Source: Styela clava (Eukaryota). From it: a DNA stretch of 64,000 bases. This document shows, one piece after another, positions 51,468 through 64,000 of this stretch; the stretch's first letter is position 1, and each line of letters begins with the position of its first letter. Made by a program: the position numbers and the translations under genes. The notes under the pieces are model-generated. The model saw only the letters and a program-made list of their open reading frames with translations, made no database searches and was not told the origin of the DNA. The stretch lies in the NCBI RefSeq assembly GCF_964204865.1, contig NC_135255.1, forward strand, positions 9,796,001-9,860,000. Reading direction: 5' to 3'.

Positions 51468-54400
51468 TATGGAGCGTTGTTCAATTTAAGGGACTAATGA
51501 ATTCATTATTTCACCTTCAAATGATTAATATTATTTAGAATAGTAGCTATAAGTTTTCGTAAGGCCCAGCAAAATCAATACTGACAAACTTTGGAATAAT
51601 GATACAAACCAATAATTTCTGAATTGTTTTCATTCTACTATACTATTCCAACGTTTAATTTTTAAGGTTTTTAACTTATTCATGTAACGTTTGATTTATT
51701 GATCTTGAGATATATACCATGTGCAACACGCGTCATATGATCAAAAATATATATATAATTCAACTTGAGGCAGATAATCAAACATACATGCATAATAAAA
51801 CATACAAAAATGAAGAAAAAAAAAACACGTTTAAGTTTGTTGGAAGAAGATATGGGCAGTGGGCAGTTGACATATATTTGATTTTTTTCTATTCGACACG
51901 AACAATATTTCACACTTGTGCGACTACAGAACAACCAGATTGCAATTACCGTCGCCAGTTCTATACCTTATCTAAACTCAAACATTCGAGTTTAAAACAA
52001 CTACTAGCAACAAGTAACAAAGCGAACCCACTGGCGATATCAATCAATGACAACAAAAACCAAAAATTTTGTCAACAACAAACACGCCATTGATATATAT
52101 TAAATACTCGGGATTTTCATATATGATCATGGACGGTCACGAAATTGAATGCTCACACCGAAAGCCTTTTTGCCTACCTCACACTAACCTGCATATGCTA
52201 GCCAAATACTAGTGCTTAATGCACTGCAAAAATATGAATGTGGTATAAGCTTGATATAAGTCGTTAACAAATCTTTGCCCCTAGAAAGGTATTTTCGAAC
52301 TTGTGCAAAATCGTTTTCCGCAAGTCAGGTCTCATTTTCCTGGAATTTTTGATAGCAGGCTTATAGGTACGTGGCCCTAGCAAAAACCTCTTCCTTGGCC
52401 GTAAATAATGTAGGGTGGTGGTAAAGCAGATGGAACCAGTTCAGAAAATATTCCGGAATTGAAAGTTACTAAAATGTGGCTATAGTGTTAATGGCTAATA
52501 CGTGCCGGTCTCATCGCAATGACCCTAAAATCGTAAACAGCAGTATTACGCTTAGAACATTGGTCCCTTCGAATACTAAAATATTAGATAATAGCGTACT
52601 GAGTTTCAAATAAAATATGGAGAAAATGGAATGTAGACCTAAACGTCCTCAATGCTTCGAAACGCTGTATTAGTTTATTTGGCCATGGTATTATATATGT
52701 TCATGGAAACTTACTAAACTAAAACAAAATTTATTCATATTCACTTGAACTGTACAAAGGGTGCCTCAAATTCCGAGTAATCCTGTCAAAAGTATGGCCT
52801 GAGTAAGCTGTACCAATTCTAGACTATTACTCATTATATGGCTCTGTAAAGCATGCCTACAAGTAAAATGTTTTTTAAATATATATAAACAAAACGTGAA
52901 TATATAATAATAGAAGGGATTATGAAGATTGATGTGGACAATGACTCGACTAGAAAGTACATCACAAATTCCCAGAAATATTATGAAAATTGGTTAGAAT
53001 TTCTACCTCCAACCTATATTTCTCATGATTGATAATAGTTTGCCTGTCGGTATTTATATACATTTATGCCGGGTGGTGCAATCGGTTAGTGCGTCAGGAT
53101 TTTTCGTATTGGAGATTTGACGAACGTGATCAAGTTATGTAACGAAAAAATTGAAATGTACATGTTTCACAACTCGAAAATAGACCTGCCAGATATGCGG
53201 TAGAAAAGACTCACTGGCGGAAAAGTTTGATAACTTTGTAGCTTACATGAAATGCTTGTTTCACAATATTTCGTTGTACATGGATACGTATTTAAACATG
53301 ACATTTCTAACTGTGAACAATGAATCCATGAAATTAATCACCGCAAAATTGACTCCAAAATATATGCCCAAAAAATGAAAAATTTGCCACGAAAGTTGAA
53401 CTAATTACAAATATATAAATGCAACTGTATGCAAATACAGTTAGTAGCCGCGCATCATAAAACTTACAAATCAATTTCCACGAATTTTAGGAAAACTTTA
53501 GATAATGAGTCAAGGTTGCGTTATATTGTGCCAAAATTGTTATACTGATGTTCTTTCTGAGAATTACATTTATTCTGAGAAATGCATTGCAATGATGATG
53601 TCGTGTATTATTGATAGTCGAGCTATTACTTATAAACTAAAGATTAGGAATGAAATTCTTCTATCGAAGATATTACTAACATAGTTGAAGTTTGTTTCAT
53701 TTATCGCGTTAATTCTAAGCATCTACCACAGCGTGTCGGATATACCTCAAGAACGATCGCAATTTCTCCATTCTCTACGCCTTGAGGAAATTAACAACGA
53801 AAACGGACGTGTTTAATAACAATAATGATACAATCGAAATCGAAAAATTGTCGAATGCTTTAAAATTGTTACGCGTGGTCATCAAATGATGATAAGATAA
53901 GGTTTTGCAACACTATAGAATATATGATAGAAGGTGTGGTATCATAAAATTATCTTTGATTTCAAATTTCGGATATTTACCTACGTATTTATTAGTAATA
54001 TAAAAAAGCGCGTAATGGAAAAGAATTCAGTCAGAAAATGAGGTATATAGTTGTCAATGAAATTGATTTGCCCCCCAATAGGATGTCTACTTTTCGTTGG
54101 ATTTCAGTGTAAATTTTAGTATTTTAATTTAACATCCTGGTGGAATAAGTCGAGTGGAATACGTCGAAGTGTAAAGATACGGTGTCTTCAGTTATAGAGT
54201 CATGCAAAATTTTATAGTAATTAGGCTGAATATCGAAATGTAGGCTGTTACATTTGGTAAATTTTGCAAGCATCCAAAGTAGAGTTTCTAATAAAACATA
54301 TCATTTGTTTCAGTACTTCCGGTTGTTTAATAGTTTTCGTTGAAATTTTTTGGCAATAAAATTGATGGAATTTTCCCTTTTTAGATGCCAGGTGAAAATA

Positions 54401-55425
54401 AAATTCACTGTAGTCATGCCGCTCTGTTTGAGGAACGTGTTGCATGCGTAGGTCAATGTGACATTATATAAATTAAACATTAATGTATAAATAAATATAA
54501 ATTACCAGACATATAAATCATTATTTTTACGTATATATAATTGTATGTATATAAACATGTACCATATGACAAGGTCGCGGTCAGTCACGATAGATATTGA
54601 AACTTATTAACATGGCAAAGGGCTGCGCATAATAGCGCACTTGCTCAGGTACCTTCGAGTTCAGTATTCTGTAAGTTGATAACACCAAAACAAAAGGAAC
54701 ATCTGTTCCAAGTTTTAAGAAGGCAATGCTAATAATCAACATTGGATTGAAAAATAAACGGATAGTGGATTAATATTCATTTTTAGGACTTTAACACAAA
54801 TATAGCGTTTTTATCAGGCGAAGACAAAATTTAGGAGCAATTTTTACAGCCTTATAAAACTTCTTGAGTGTACGTGGAATTTATGTAATAGCATTCCGAG
54901 CAATCAATCGCAGAATTAAAATTATTCAGCTCGTAAATTTAAACGTAACATATCTTTGACCTGTAACGGCGCGCAAAAGCAATATTGTTATGAAACATAA
55001 TAATACGTAATTTATATCTTTATTTGTCTTGACTTGTCATCTTCTATTACGCTTATTTGCAATTTCGCACAATTCAGAACATGTTGACTATGAGTAACAT
55101 CGTTTAATCCAATTAAGTGACAGTGTATTTTTTTTCCAATTTTTAAGCTTAACAAAATTACCTTTCGTTGGAATACAATATAAAAACTTACTTATAAACG
55201 GTTTACTTATTTATTCAATACAGTTTACTCACTTTTCAAAACTCAACGGTAACCGTGGTTTAGTATATAATTGCAGCAATTTTCGGTGTCATATTTCAAT
55301 AAATTCGAACTGCAAAACCGTCATAAAAGGTGAATTCAGGTCCATTTTTTCAGATTTGCACAGAACATATCTGAGCTTGAGAACTTTTTATTCTTTCATA
55401 TGTCAAACAAGGGCTAAAACTTAAT

Positions 55426-58400
55426 ATGTATACCTTAATGCTCAATGAATTTGGAGGGTTGAGAAGGGGGATACTCCTACTCTTGGTGTACGTACAACTA
55501 ACTGAAGGTAAGAACGTTAACGCGTTAAAATTTTTCAGTAAGGTATAATATAAATTCTGATGCATCGTTACTTACTTACTTACCTGGTTGCGTAATACAC
55601 GAACATCGATAAAGAATATTTGTTGCTACGAATTTTAGAATAGCTTTATTTTGGTTAAGTATGGAATGATTAGATATGTACTTCATCGTCAAATCATCTG
55701 TTCTGACAACAATTCGGCAGTTTATCATCTCCTTAAATTTCAATAAAGTTGTCATGACGGAAACAATAGGGTGCGCGTTATTTATGTAGTTTGCTCCAAT
55801 TAATATTATTATTACCGTAAAAAGATTCACAAGCGGTCACTTGCTTGGGGGCAACATGTTGATCCAATGAAGCCATGATACTGGGTATATATTGTGCATA
55901 GTATATTTACATATACTGTATAAATAAAAAATAATTTGAATTCTAATTAAAGCCGTGTAAAACCAAAGTTTGAATTCAATGCAGGACTGAAATGCTGGAC
56001 ATGCGACGGCAAACGATCGCTTTCAGAATGCTATGCGCAGTATGGAAAGATGCTCGAATGTCAAAACCCTGATGATGTAAGAGATATGAATATAATTTTT
56101 CGTGAAAAAATAAACATATTATCGATGTACTATTTATTGATTGTAGGTCTGCCAAAACGACTACAGATTTAGGGCTGGTTTGCCGCTGCTTATAAAAGGA
56201 TGTAAGCAGGAGCAAGCTTGTTTGAATGAAGAAAAAGAGGTAAGGTGTATTTTTATTACCATTGGGAATTTCGGTTTACCGAGAATTGGGTGAAAAAACA
56301 GGTTCCGAGTAGAAACATATTTTGTCAAAAATTGCAACTTGTGTACCATGGCGAATATTTGAGGCCCGTAAAACTGTGTTAAGTGGAAATATTCGTAGTT
56401 TAATATTTTTTGAATTCCCATTTTTAGAAATATATTTGTATGCTATTTTTATTAATTTCTATATATGGTTCATTGGTAGAGCTATTCAAAAAATTTATTA
56501 TGACTATCAATTTTTTTGGGTGAAAACTTGTATGTGCCCAAGTTTTGAATAGCAATTAAACTTTATTATCACAAAAAAGAGAAATAAACTTTATAGAGGA
56601 ATTAGTTCGGATTCGGACAGACTTACGTATGATAAAATTGGATTGACGGGATTAAACCAAATTTGACCCAAGCCACAGAAAATATGCAGTATCAGTAAAA
56701 AATAACCATAGAAAAAGCAAGCATATGGAGCTTGAGTTCTTTTTTACTTTCTATAGCATAAAAATCAATGTGGTCGAGGGAAAAATAACGCCTGCAGATG
56801 CTGCTGCAAAACAAACGGGTGTAATAGAAAAGTATCAGGATGTGTTCCTCGTAAGTTATTTTATTGTTGTTTTTGTTCGTTAATCAGAACATGATTTAGT
56901 TTGTACATGCATGTATGTCCACGTATCGACGGAATAATAAAACGCATTACTTATTACAGCCCCGGCCCCGTGCAAGAAACCTAGAGCTCCAATCAACGGA
57001 CTAGTGTTCTGTGACCGCGAGCTAAATTTTGGCGCAAAATGTAGATATCGTTGTATTTTTGGATACGAAAGAGAAGGCCCTCCTACATCAACCTGCGTGA
57101 AGAATCCTGACAAGCCAAAGAAAGGGTTATGGTCACCTGAGCCACCAATCTGCAAAAGAGTGTTCATTGAGTGCCTTCCACCTCGCACAAATCCACAAAA
57201 TGGATTTGTCAGATGTGAAAACTCAAGAGAGTTTGCAAGGTACAAAAGATTTACTTTTGAAGGCACGAGATGTGTATATTCTTGCAAGCAAAATTACTAT
57301 TTGAAAGGAAAGAAACTATCGCAGTGCAGATCGAATGGACTATGGAGCAACGATATACAACCGACTTGTGTGATCGGAAGATGCAGAATTCCAGTCCCAG
57401 ATGAGAACAGAATTAATATTTGCACGAGTGGTTTTAAATTTGGAAGCAGTTGTAGATTCAAGTGCAAGCCCGGATATAGGCTGGTCGGGAAAGACTTCTC
57501 TGATTGTAATCAATTCGGTAGATCGGAACGCGGATTTTGGTCACAAGGTCTACCAAGATGTGACAAGATTAAATGTTCAAATCTAGATGATCCGGAGAAA
57601 GGCAAAGTCTCCTGCCCGAACGGCACTGACTTGGAAAGCGTATGCCAATACAGATGTAACAAAGGATATGATTTGGACGATACAATACAAAAAATAGTAT
57701 TGACAACATGCCAGTACGTGGACGTCGAAGAAGGGTCTGTTGACTGGAGTCGGAAGCCTCCTCCTACTTGCAGTAGAATCAGGTGTAATCCTCCATTCCA
57801 AAATCCAAAAAATGGGAAAGTAAAATGCACAAATAAGAACTGGCTAGACAGTGTATGTAGATTTTCTTGTGACAAAAATCATGTTGCTCCCTACGATACA
57901 GCTGGCTCTCTAAAGAGTGTCTGCCAGGACGATGGAGATAATGACAAATTTGGCGAATGGAGCATGAAAATGGCTTTTGATTGCAAACCTGTAACATGTG
58001 AGACTAATACTATCAAACTCATCAATTCAATAGTGACATGCACGCAAGGAAATAGTGTTGGCAGTACTTGTAAAATTGAGTGCTTAAGAGGATACGCATT
58101 TGAAGGTTCACAAGTTGGAGTAATCAACACAACATGCAGAAGCACTAATTCAATGTCATATAAAGGTTCTTGGACTTTGATACCACCTCAATGTAGCATT
58201 ATCAAATGCCCCCCATTACCTCCTGTTGAACATGGAACAACGAAGTGTTCTAACAAAGACTATATAATTGGAACGAAGTGTAAATTTGCTTGTAATAAGA
58301 ACTACCGTATGATAGGAAAAGCACAAACATCCTGTCGAGATATTGAAAAGGATGGCGACACAACAGGAGAGTGGACTAATCCTCCGCCGAAATGCAGTCT

Positions 58401-60287
58401 TGGAAAATGCCCACCTATACTATTTGACGACCGAACTGTTGTACGGGACTGTACAGCCCCGGAAGGGTATGATGTATTAGAATTCAGAGTGGGCACCCAA
58501 TGCCGATACACGTGTAAAGATGATAGTTATTACATGCTCAATGAATTTACCAATGAACCAATACTCAGAGATGAAGTGCTCGCATCATGCACCGATAGAC
58601 GTTTATGGAGTAATCCGGCACCGAGGTGTATAAAAAAGATATGTCTTCCCGTGCCCAAAGCTCTAACCAATGGATATTTTCCAAAATGCACAAATGGAAA
58701 TATAATTGGATCAACCTGCGTATTCAGATGCAAAGAAAAATATGAGCTAACCCAGCCTAGGCCTATAAAATGCATCGCAGACGACGACAATGATGCATAT
58801 GGAACATGGGATGGGGAATTGCCAACATGCAAACGCAGTCATTGCGACGATTTTGGAATGGTGAAACATGGTACTCTAAATTGCACAGAGGGTTCAAGAA
58901 TCGGATCTGTGTGTCAGCTCACATGTAAAGATCGTTACACGACAAAGCAATATGAAACTACAGCATGCCTTGATACAATTGACTGGAGTTCCCGCCAATT
59001 TTTTTGTTGCGTCCGATGTTTATTCAATAAACGAATTAGGGTTTTGGGTGTTTACGATTCTTCAGCTTTCCGGACAAAGCTTGACTGGGAATATATGGTT
59101 GATTTTACGGAATCTTATCTATCTTATATGGTACGGTACGGATTCGACATTGAGTTTTCTGCTTTCAACTATGCGAAAGACGTTGACACCTCTAATTTGA
59201 TCAAGATGAAAAAATTGAGAGACCGAGAGGATGTGAGTGAAGTATCTGCGGATTTGGAATATATGTGCGACAAAGAATGTTTGAAAGACAATGGTAAGAC
59301 AATATTACCGTTTCACAAATGTACTGCGTATGGTTGTGTATGGAACGTAAATGGTTCACACGCGTCGTTCTAAATATCGCGCGAAGTCACATTGGTATCT
59401 GGGTAATATAACCAGAATACAAGTAGTGCAATTTTGCAAAATAGAGATATTTATCTTTACCAAGACGCCTGGGGTTAGGCGCCATTTATAACAGTAACTA
59501 TACATACCCGTTTGAAGCAGATATGAGAAAGAAATATAACCCGATAAATCCGAAACGATAAAAACCTAAGGCTACATCTTTCTAATTAAAGCAAAATTTA
59601 TATATTAGCTGCATATACTGGTCGGGCTTTACGATACATTGACGAAGAAGTATTCCCTGAAGTGGAAAAAAGAAGAGAACATTTCGTTATCTTGAGAACG
59701 ACAGGAAGATCAAGAGATCAAACAGCGGCAATTGCAAAGAAACTCCGAGAGAAAAATATAAATGTAAGAGTAACTTTAAAATACACACACTATCTAGCTA
59801 GTTTAAAAGATGCGATGGAAGATAAGTTCATAGAAAAATGTCAACATTTAAACGGCATTTAACTTCCCCATGAAACGTCCGAATTCAGTCAATCAACTTC
59901 ATTATAAGGTTATTATGCTTTCGTCAAAACACAGAAATTCGTAAATGAGGGAATTCACGATTTACTGTGGTTGCATTTCCATGAAAATGATAATATGACG
60001 GGTGCCTGTTGCGGGTGGCATAAATGTTCAGGCTACGCAAAAAAAGAAGAATGACAATACCCCATACGTTATTGGTAATCTATTTACTTTCTTTTACGTA
60101 GATTTTAGTCATCGGCATTCAAAGCAAGAAAGATTCGGAGGCACAACTGTTGCAGATCGCTGGTAAAGAACGTAACTATCTAGCGGTGAGAAAACCACAA
60201 GATTTAAGAAACGTGCCCGCAAAGATTTTCGAAATATCGCGAGAGACAGGCTGCACAGCTGCAAGCAAGACACAAAATTGCTCATAA
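55426..60287 (+). CDS. Secreted mosaic protein: signal peptide + Ly6/uPAR (three-finger) domain + 10 Sushi/CCP modules + vWA domain (~1011 aa, 7 exons)
   Basis: Exons 55426-55507, 55985-56076, 56147-56239, 56757-56850, 56960-59293, 59609-59763, 60102-60287 total 3036 nt in frame. N-terminus ..GILLLLVYVQLTEG/LKCWTC..KGC..CRCCCKTNGCN. Ten 6-Cys selectin-type CCPs follow. vWA motifs VLGVYDSS, YTGRAL, VILRTTGRS, ILVIGI, LLQIAG. The first exon is the least certain. Confidence 0.88.
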
Positions 60288-63200
60288 CGTTCCTACAATA
60301 GTCACAATCCATCACGGGTCAATGTTGAACATATTCATCTCACAGTGACACTAGATGCAGGACAAAAATAGAATTTCAAGATTTGCAAAAATGATTCTCA
60401 TGGTATTTCAAGTATTATAAAATATTTGAATATGAGAGTTATGAGAATTGAGCAAGATCACACTTGTTTTCTTCTACAACTGCAACATTCTTCAACTTCC
60501 ACTTGTTTGGTGCACAAAATTAGACCAGGCATTATCCCATTTCCACTCTTTTCTTCGTAAAGATGACTTGGCAATAAAATACATCCGAGGGGTGTCGCCA
60601 GCGATCACAGTATAACAATAAACATAATTAAAATCACTTAGTAAAGAAATCACTTTAATAAGATAGTATAATCTTTTCTAATCAATTAAATTTTTGATGT
60701 ATGTCATGAATATATATTCGGTCTCATTGTTGCTATCTCTTTAGGTGTAAGAAATTATTTTATATCATGTTTCATCGGAACAATAAAACTAAAATTTGCA
60801 ACATCGTTCTATGACAATATTCCCCGCGAAAGGTGTGGAAGACAGTCTAAGGTGGAAATGTATAGCGATTATACAAAAATTCAAATAGTGTAATTTAGTT
60901 TTTATATACCCATATTTGATTAGTTTTTGTGCGGAGAGGAAATTCAGATTTATCTGGCTTCAGAAAGATCAAATTTTTTTTCGATTTTCTAAAAAAAGAT
61001 CATAAAAAAGTTGTTAAAGTTTCTGGAACTTATATAAAATGTTTTTTTTTTCAGTTTTGGCGCATTTTCGTCAGACTAAAAGTCCAATATTCTAGTCTGG
61101 CACTTGTCTGTGTTGCGTCCTAAAAACAAGAATTTGGTATTTAAATGAAACAGTCTTGTGGTTAATAATACCAAAGTCATATTCCCTCTGTGACTGTGAA
61201 AAAAAAATCGTCATGTCAATTTGTAATATATACTAAATATATAAATTTACAACACTACTCACCGAAATAACTTGAAAAAAAAAAATAATTACGGAAATTG
61301 ATTTATATGTATTTTTGCTAAATATTAACTTTTCAAACACCAACTCTTGGGTCAAAAAACGAGCTCACGTTTAGGTAACGTAGCAGTAAAGTTCAATATC
61401 GTTCGAAAAGAAGTCAATTCCGAAAGGAAATTCACTTTTAGACCTTTTAAAAAATCGAAGAGCGATAGTTATTTATTTTGAATTGATGATTTGAATGAAA
61501 ACTCTTCGTATGAAAAAAGCATCATTGTGGAAGTCTAACAAAAATTTACTCTCTGACTCGTTAGAACTGAAATGGCGCTATTTTGCTTTATTACCAGCAG
61601 GTGGTAAAGATTGATCGGTAGGAAAGAGAGGTTCAATATTAATACCGCTTTCCTTTAACACCCATAATGTGAACAATCAACCGTACTGAGTCGACATAAT
61701 AAGCTATAGAAAGCTAGAATTCAATTTACTGAAATTTGAATCCAACATAAGAAGTTTCGGTTATATATTTTTAATTATACTGATATTTAATGATGACACG
61801 TTCACTATAGCTTTACTATTATAAATCATAACGTGCAGATTTCTACTTTTGTAAGCGTGCTGGAAGCTGACAATCGACCTTAGAGTCCAGACATGTAATT
61901 AACGCAATGATCTGTGTTGGCATTGATCGATAAGGTGCTGTTTGAGCAAAAAAGATCGAATAATAAAACTGTACAAAGTGCATATTCAATTAATACTTAT
62001 CAATACATTAGTCTAAGTTGTTGAACATTATAGCAGTAGATTTATAGCCAAATATATGACATTATTCAATATTGGAATTAACGAGTAATTTAATAATTAC
62101 AAATGGCAAAAAAAGTAAATAGCAATAGGTATTTTAAAATCCGACTAGTAACATCGAAAATTTCAACATCGAAATATTCGAATGACATATAAATTTTTTT
62201 CTTAACTTTGATAGAAATTTGTTTGATTATTTAAAATAATACATTTTGTTGTGTATGTCTCAAACAACATTAAAGTAAACAAGTATATACGCCAATACGC
62301 GTATATACAGAGATGCATGGAATTATTTTTGAATGACCCCCGCTACGCATTTGGCTGTTAAACAAAATACAGTCTACAGTCGGTAACTACACCGTGCAAC
62401 ACATTGGAAATTCCGATTGGTCTTATAAATACTTAAAATAAAATTATTTTCTCATTACAAAGAAAACAACAGGACTATATTTGAATAAAACAAAGTTTCA
62501 ATGATTTCCATACCAGACTATACTTCATCCACCTCTATCAATCACATTCTTTGTCTGGACAGTACGTATCGTTAACGTGTTTAATAATTCAGACGAGACG
62601 TACAATTTTAATACTGACCGTTGATCAATTGTGTCCGACGAAACAAGTTATTCCCGTTCTCGATGATATGAATTAAAATGTAAAATGTTTAACTTATTAT
62701 TTACTTTTTAATCCGGACGTGCGACAAATTTAAACTGAAAATTCTATTTTTACTTGAAGTCAGTAATTATTTATATTTCAAAGACATCAATCGTAGACAA
62801 AATATTCTGAACATTCAAATATGGAAAGGTCATGGGTAGGATAAATGATTTCAATTTATTCTGTAATATCTTATTATTAATTTTATCAATTTACCAAGTC
62901 AGGTCGGTAATTCGCTTCGAAGACTTTCTTTCACACACAAAGGCGATTTGTATGACCAATATGACTAGTTGATATAATTCCAATACCACGCGTTGACATG
63001 GTATATATATATACATTGTATGAAGTAAAACTATTATGATGATACACAAATTTTGAAGAAGTACAATTTCGCTTTATTAGTTAAACTCAACCTTAACAAA
63101 AAATATTTTTTAAATAGGTTCTATCTTTCATGACTTTACACATGCCCATATAAAACTGGTTTATGTTATGCGCGAGGAAATTTGGCCTCGCTATCTAAGC

Positions 63201-64000
63201 ATCGTGAAATAGAATTCTACCGCTAATATTCAAACAATAGACCAGTGTCTTTTTAATCCAGAACTTATGATGTAATCCATTTCAGAATATCTCAGTCGAG
63301 TTTGCTAATAAGTGGCAGCAACATAAGATATATTACATCTTTGTATACGGCGCTTCTTTTAATAGTAAACATTTATGAATTTTTCAGTCTGCGATGCGAT
63401 ATACTCATGATCATCCAATTTATATACAGTAATTTTTTACAGACAACTACATATATTTGTGTTGGAGAAAGTTTCAACTCGTATTCATACAATACCCGTT
63501 ACAAAAAATAACGCCTATTTGGAATACGTCACATCGGCTGATTGTTCCAATGACATTTCATGTAACCAATACAAACATGTATGGTGCGATGTCAAGTATT
63601 TGTGATAAAACAATAACTTATTAATTAACAAAATCGTATATCACGTTCCCGTGCCGCAATGACGTAGTGTTATCATTGCGTGAATCCGATTCAAATTCGT
63701 CCACGCCAACTATATTTATGTCACCATGTCAGTATTCTAAACCTGTTTTTGAAATTTCGTTTCGTCAGACGCGTGTAATATTGCAGTTTTTGCGTCTTTT
63801 ATTCTGTTTCTGGTCGAAGTGTTTTTCCATGAAACGAACAACGATTTCTATTATGTTATTAAATTTCATTTCTTCGAAGGCACAAAATATGACATGATTA
63901 TAAGAAATTAAAAAACCCCGGACAAAAAGAACTAATAGAAAATTAATACATACTCTATATCCGGGATTATCATGATGGCCAATATGATTACATACAGATT

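Larger units (their letters stand above)
34706..51988 (+). repeat. Recent tandem segmental duplication: unit 1 34706-43286, unit 2 43287-51988
   Basis: Near-identical ~8.6/8.7 kb units. The junction aaacattcg|gagaatgtgatc at 43286/43287 joins the ADH 3' flank to the middle of the 34288 MITE. Confidence 0.95.

Noticed and set aside
53068-53099. tRNA-like A-box segment gccgggtggtgcaatcggttagtgcgtcagga
   Set aside because: There is no B-box/T-arm or acceptor stem downstream. At most it is a SINE head relic, not a tRNA gene.
57004-59373. 789-aa ORF as a complete stand-alone gene
   Set aside because: It starts at a GTG inside a CCP module and runs past a gtaag donor at 59294. It is an internal exon of the spliced gene.
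60300-64000. Short ORFs in the right arm and in 1-11 kb and 52-55 kb
   Set aside because: They are low-complexity AT-rich translations with no recognisable motifs or consistent exon chains.

Overview
AT-rich, intron-containing animal genomic DNA, not prokaryotic. The gene families and repeats suggest a tunicate/ascidian (inference). Seven spliced + strand genes were reconstructed by hand from GT-AG sites with consistent phases. (1) Two paralogous 3-exon secreted C-type-lectin-domain genes (11.9-13.2 kb, 17.7-18.9 kb) lack the canonical sugar/Ca motifs. (2) Four tandem 8-exon Zn-dependent medium-chain alcohol dehydrogenases (20.3-51.5 kb) have motifs matching the mainly microbial 6-hydroxyhexanoate-dehydrogenase-like (ChnD/cd08240) subfamily rather than classic animal ADH. 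Copies 3 and 4 come from a recent ~8.6 kb tandem duplication, and each is preceded by a frameshifted orphan promoter+exon 1. (3) One ~1011-aa secreted mosaic protein has a signal peptide, a Ly6/uPAR three-finger domain, 10 Sushi/CCP modules and a vWA domain (55.4-60.3 kb). The introns and spacers hold several hAT-type and one Mutator-type MITE with TSDs, and a triply nested DINE-1/Helentron-like element. Regions 1-11 kb, 52-55 kb and 60.3-64 kb appear largely non-coding. Most ORFs in the supplied track are spurious or exon read-throughs.
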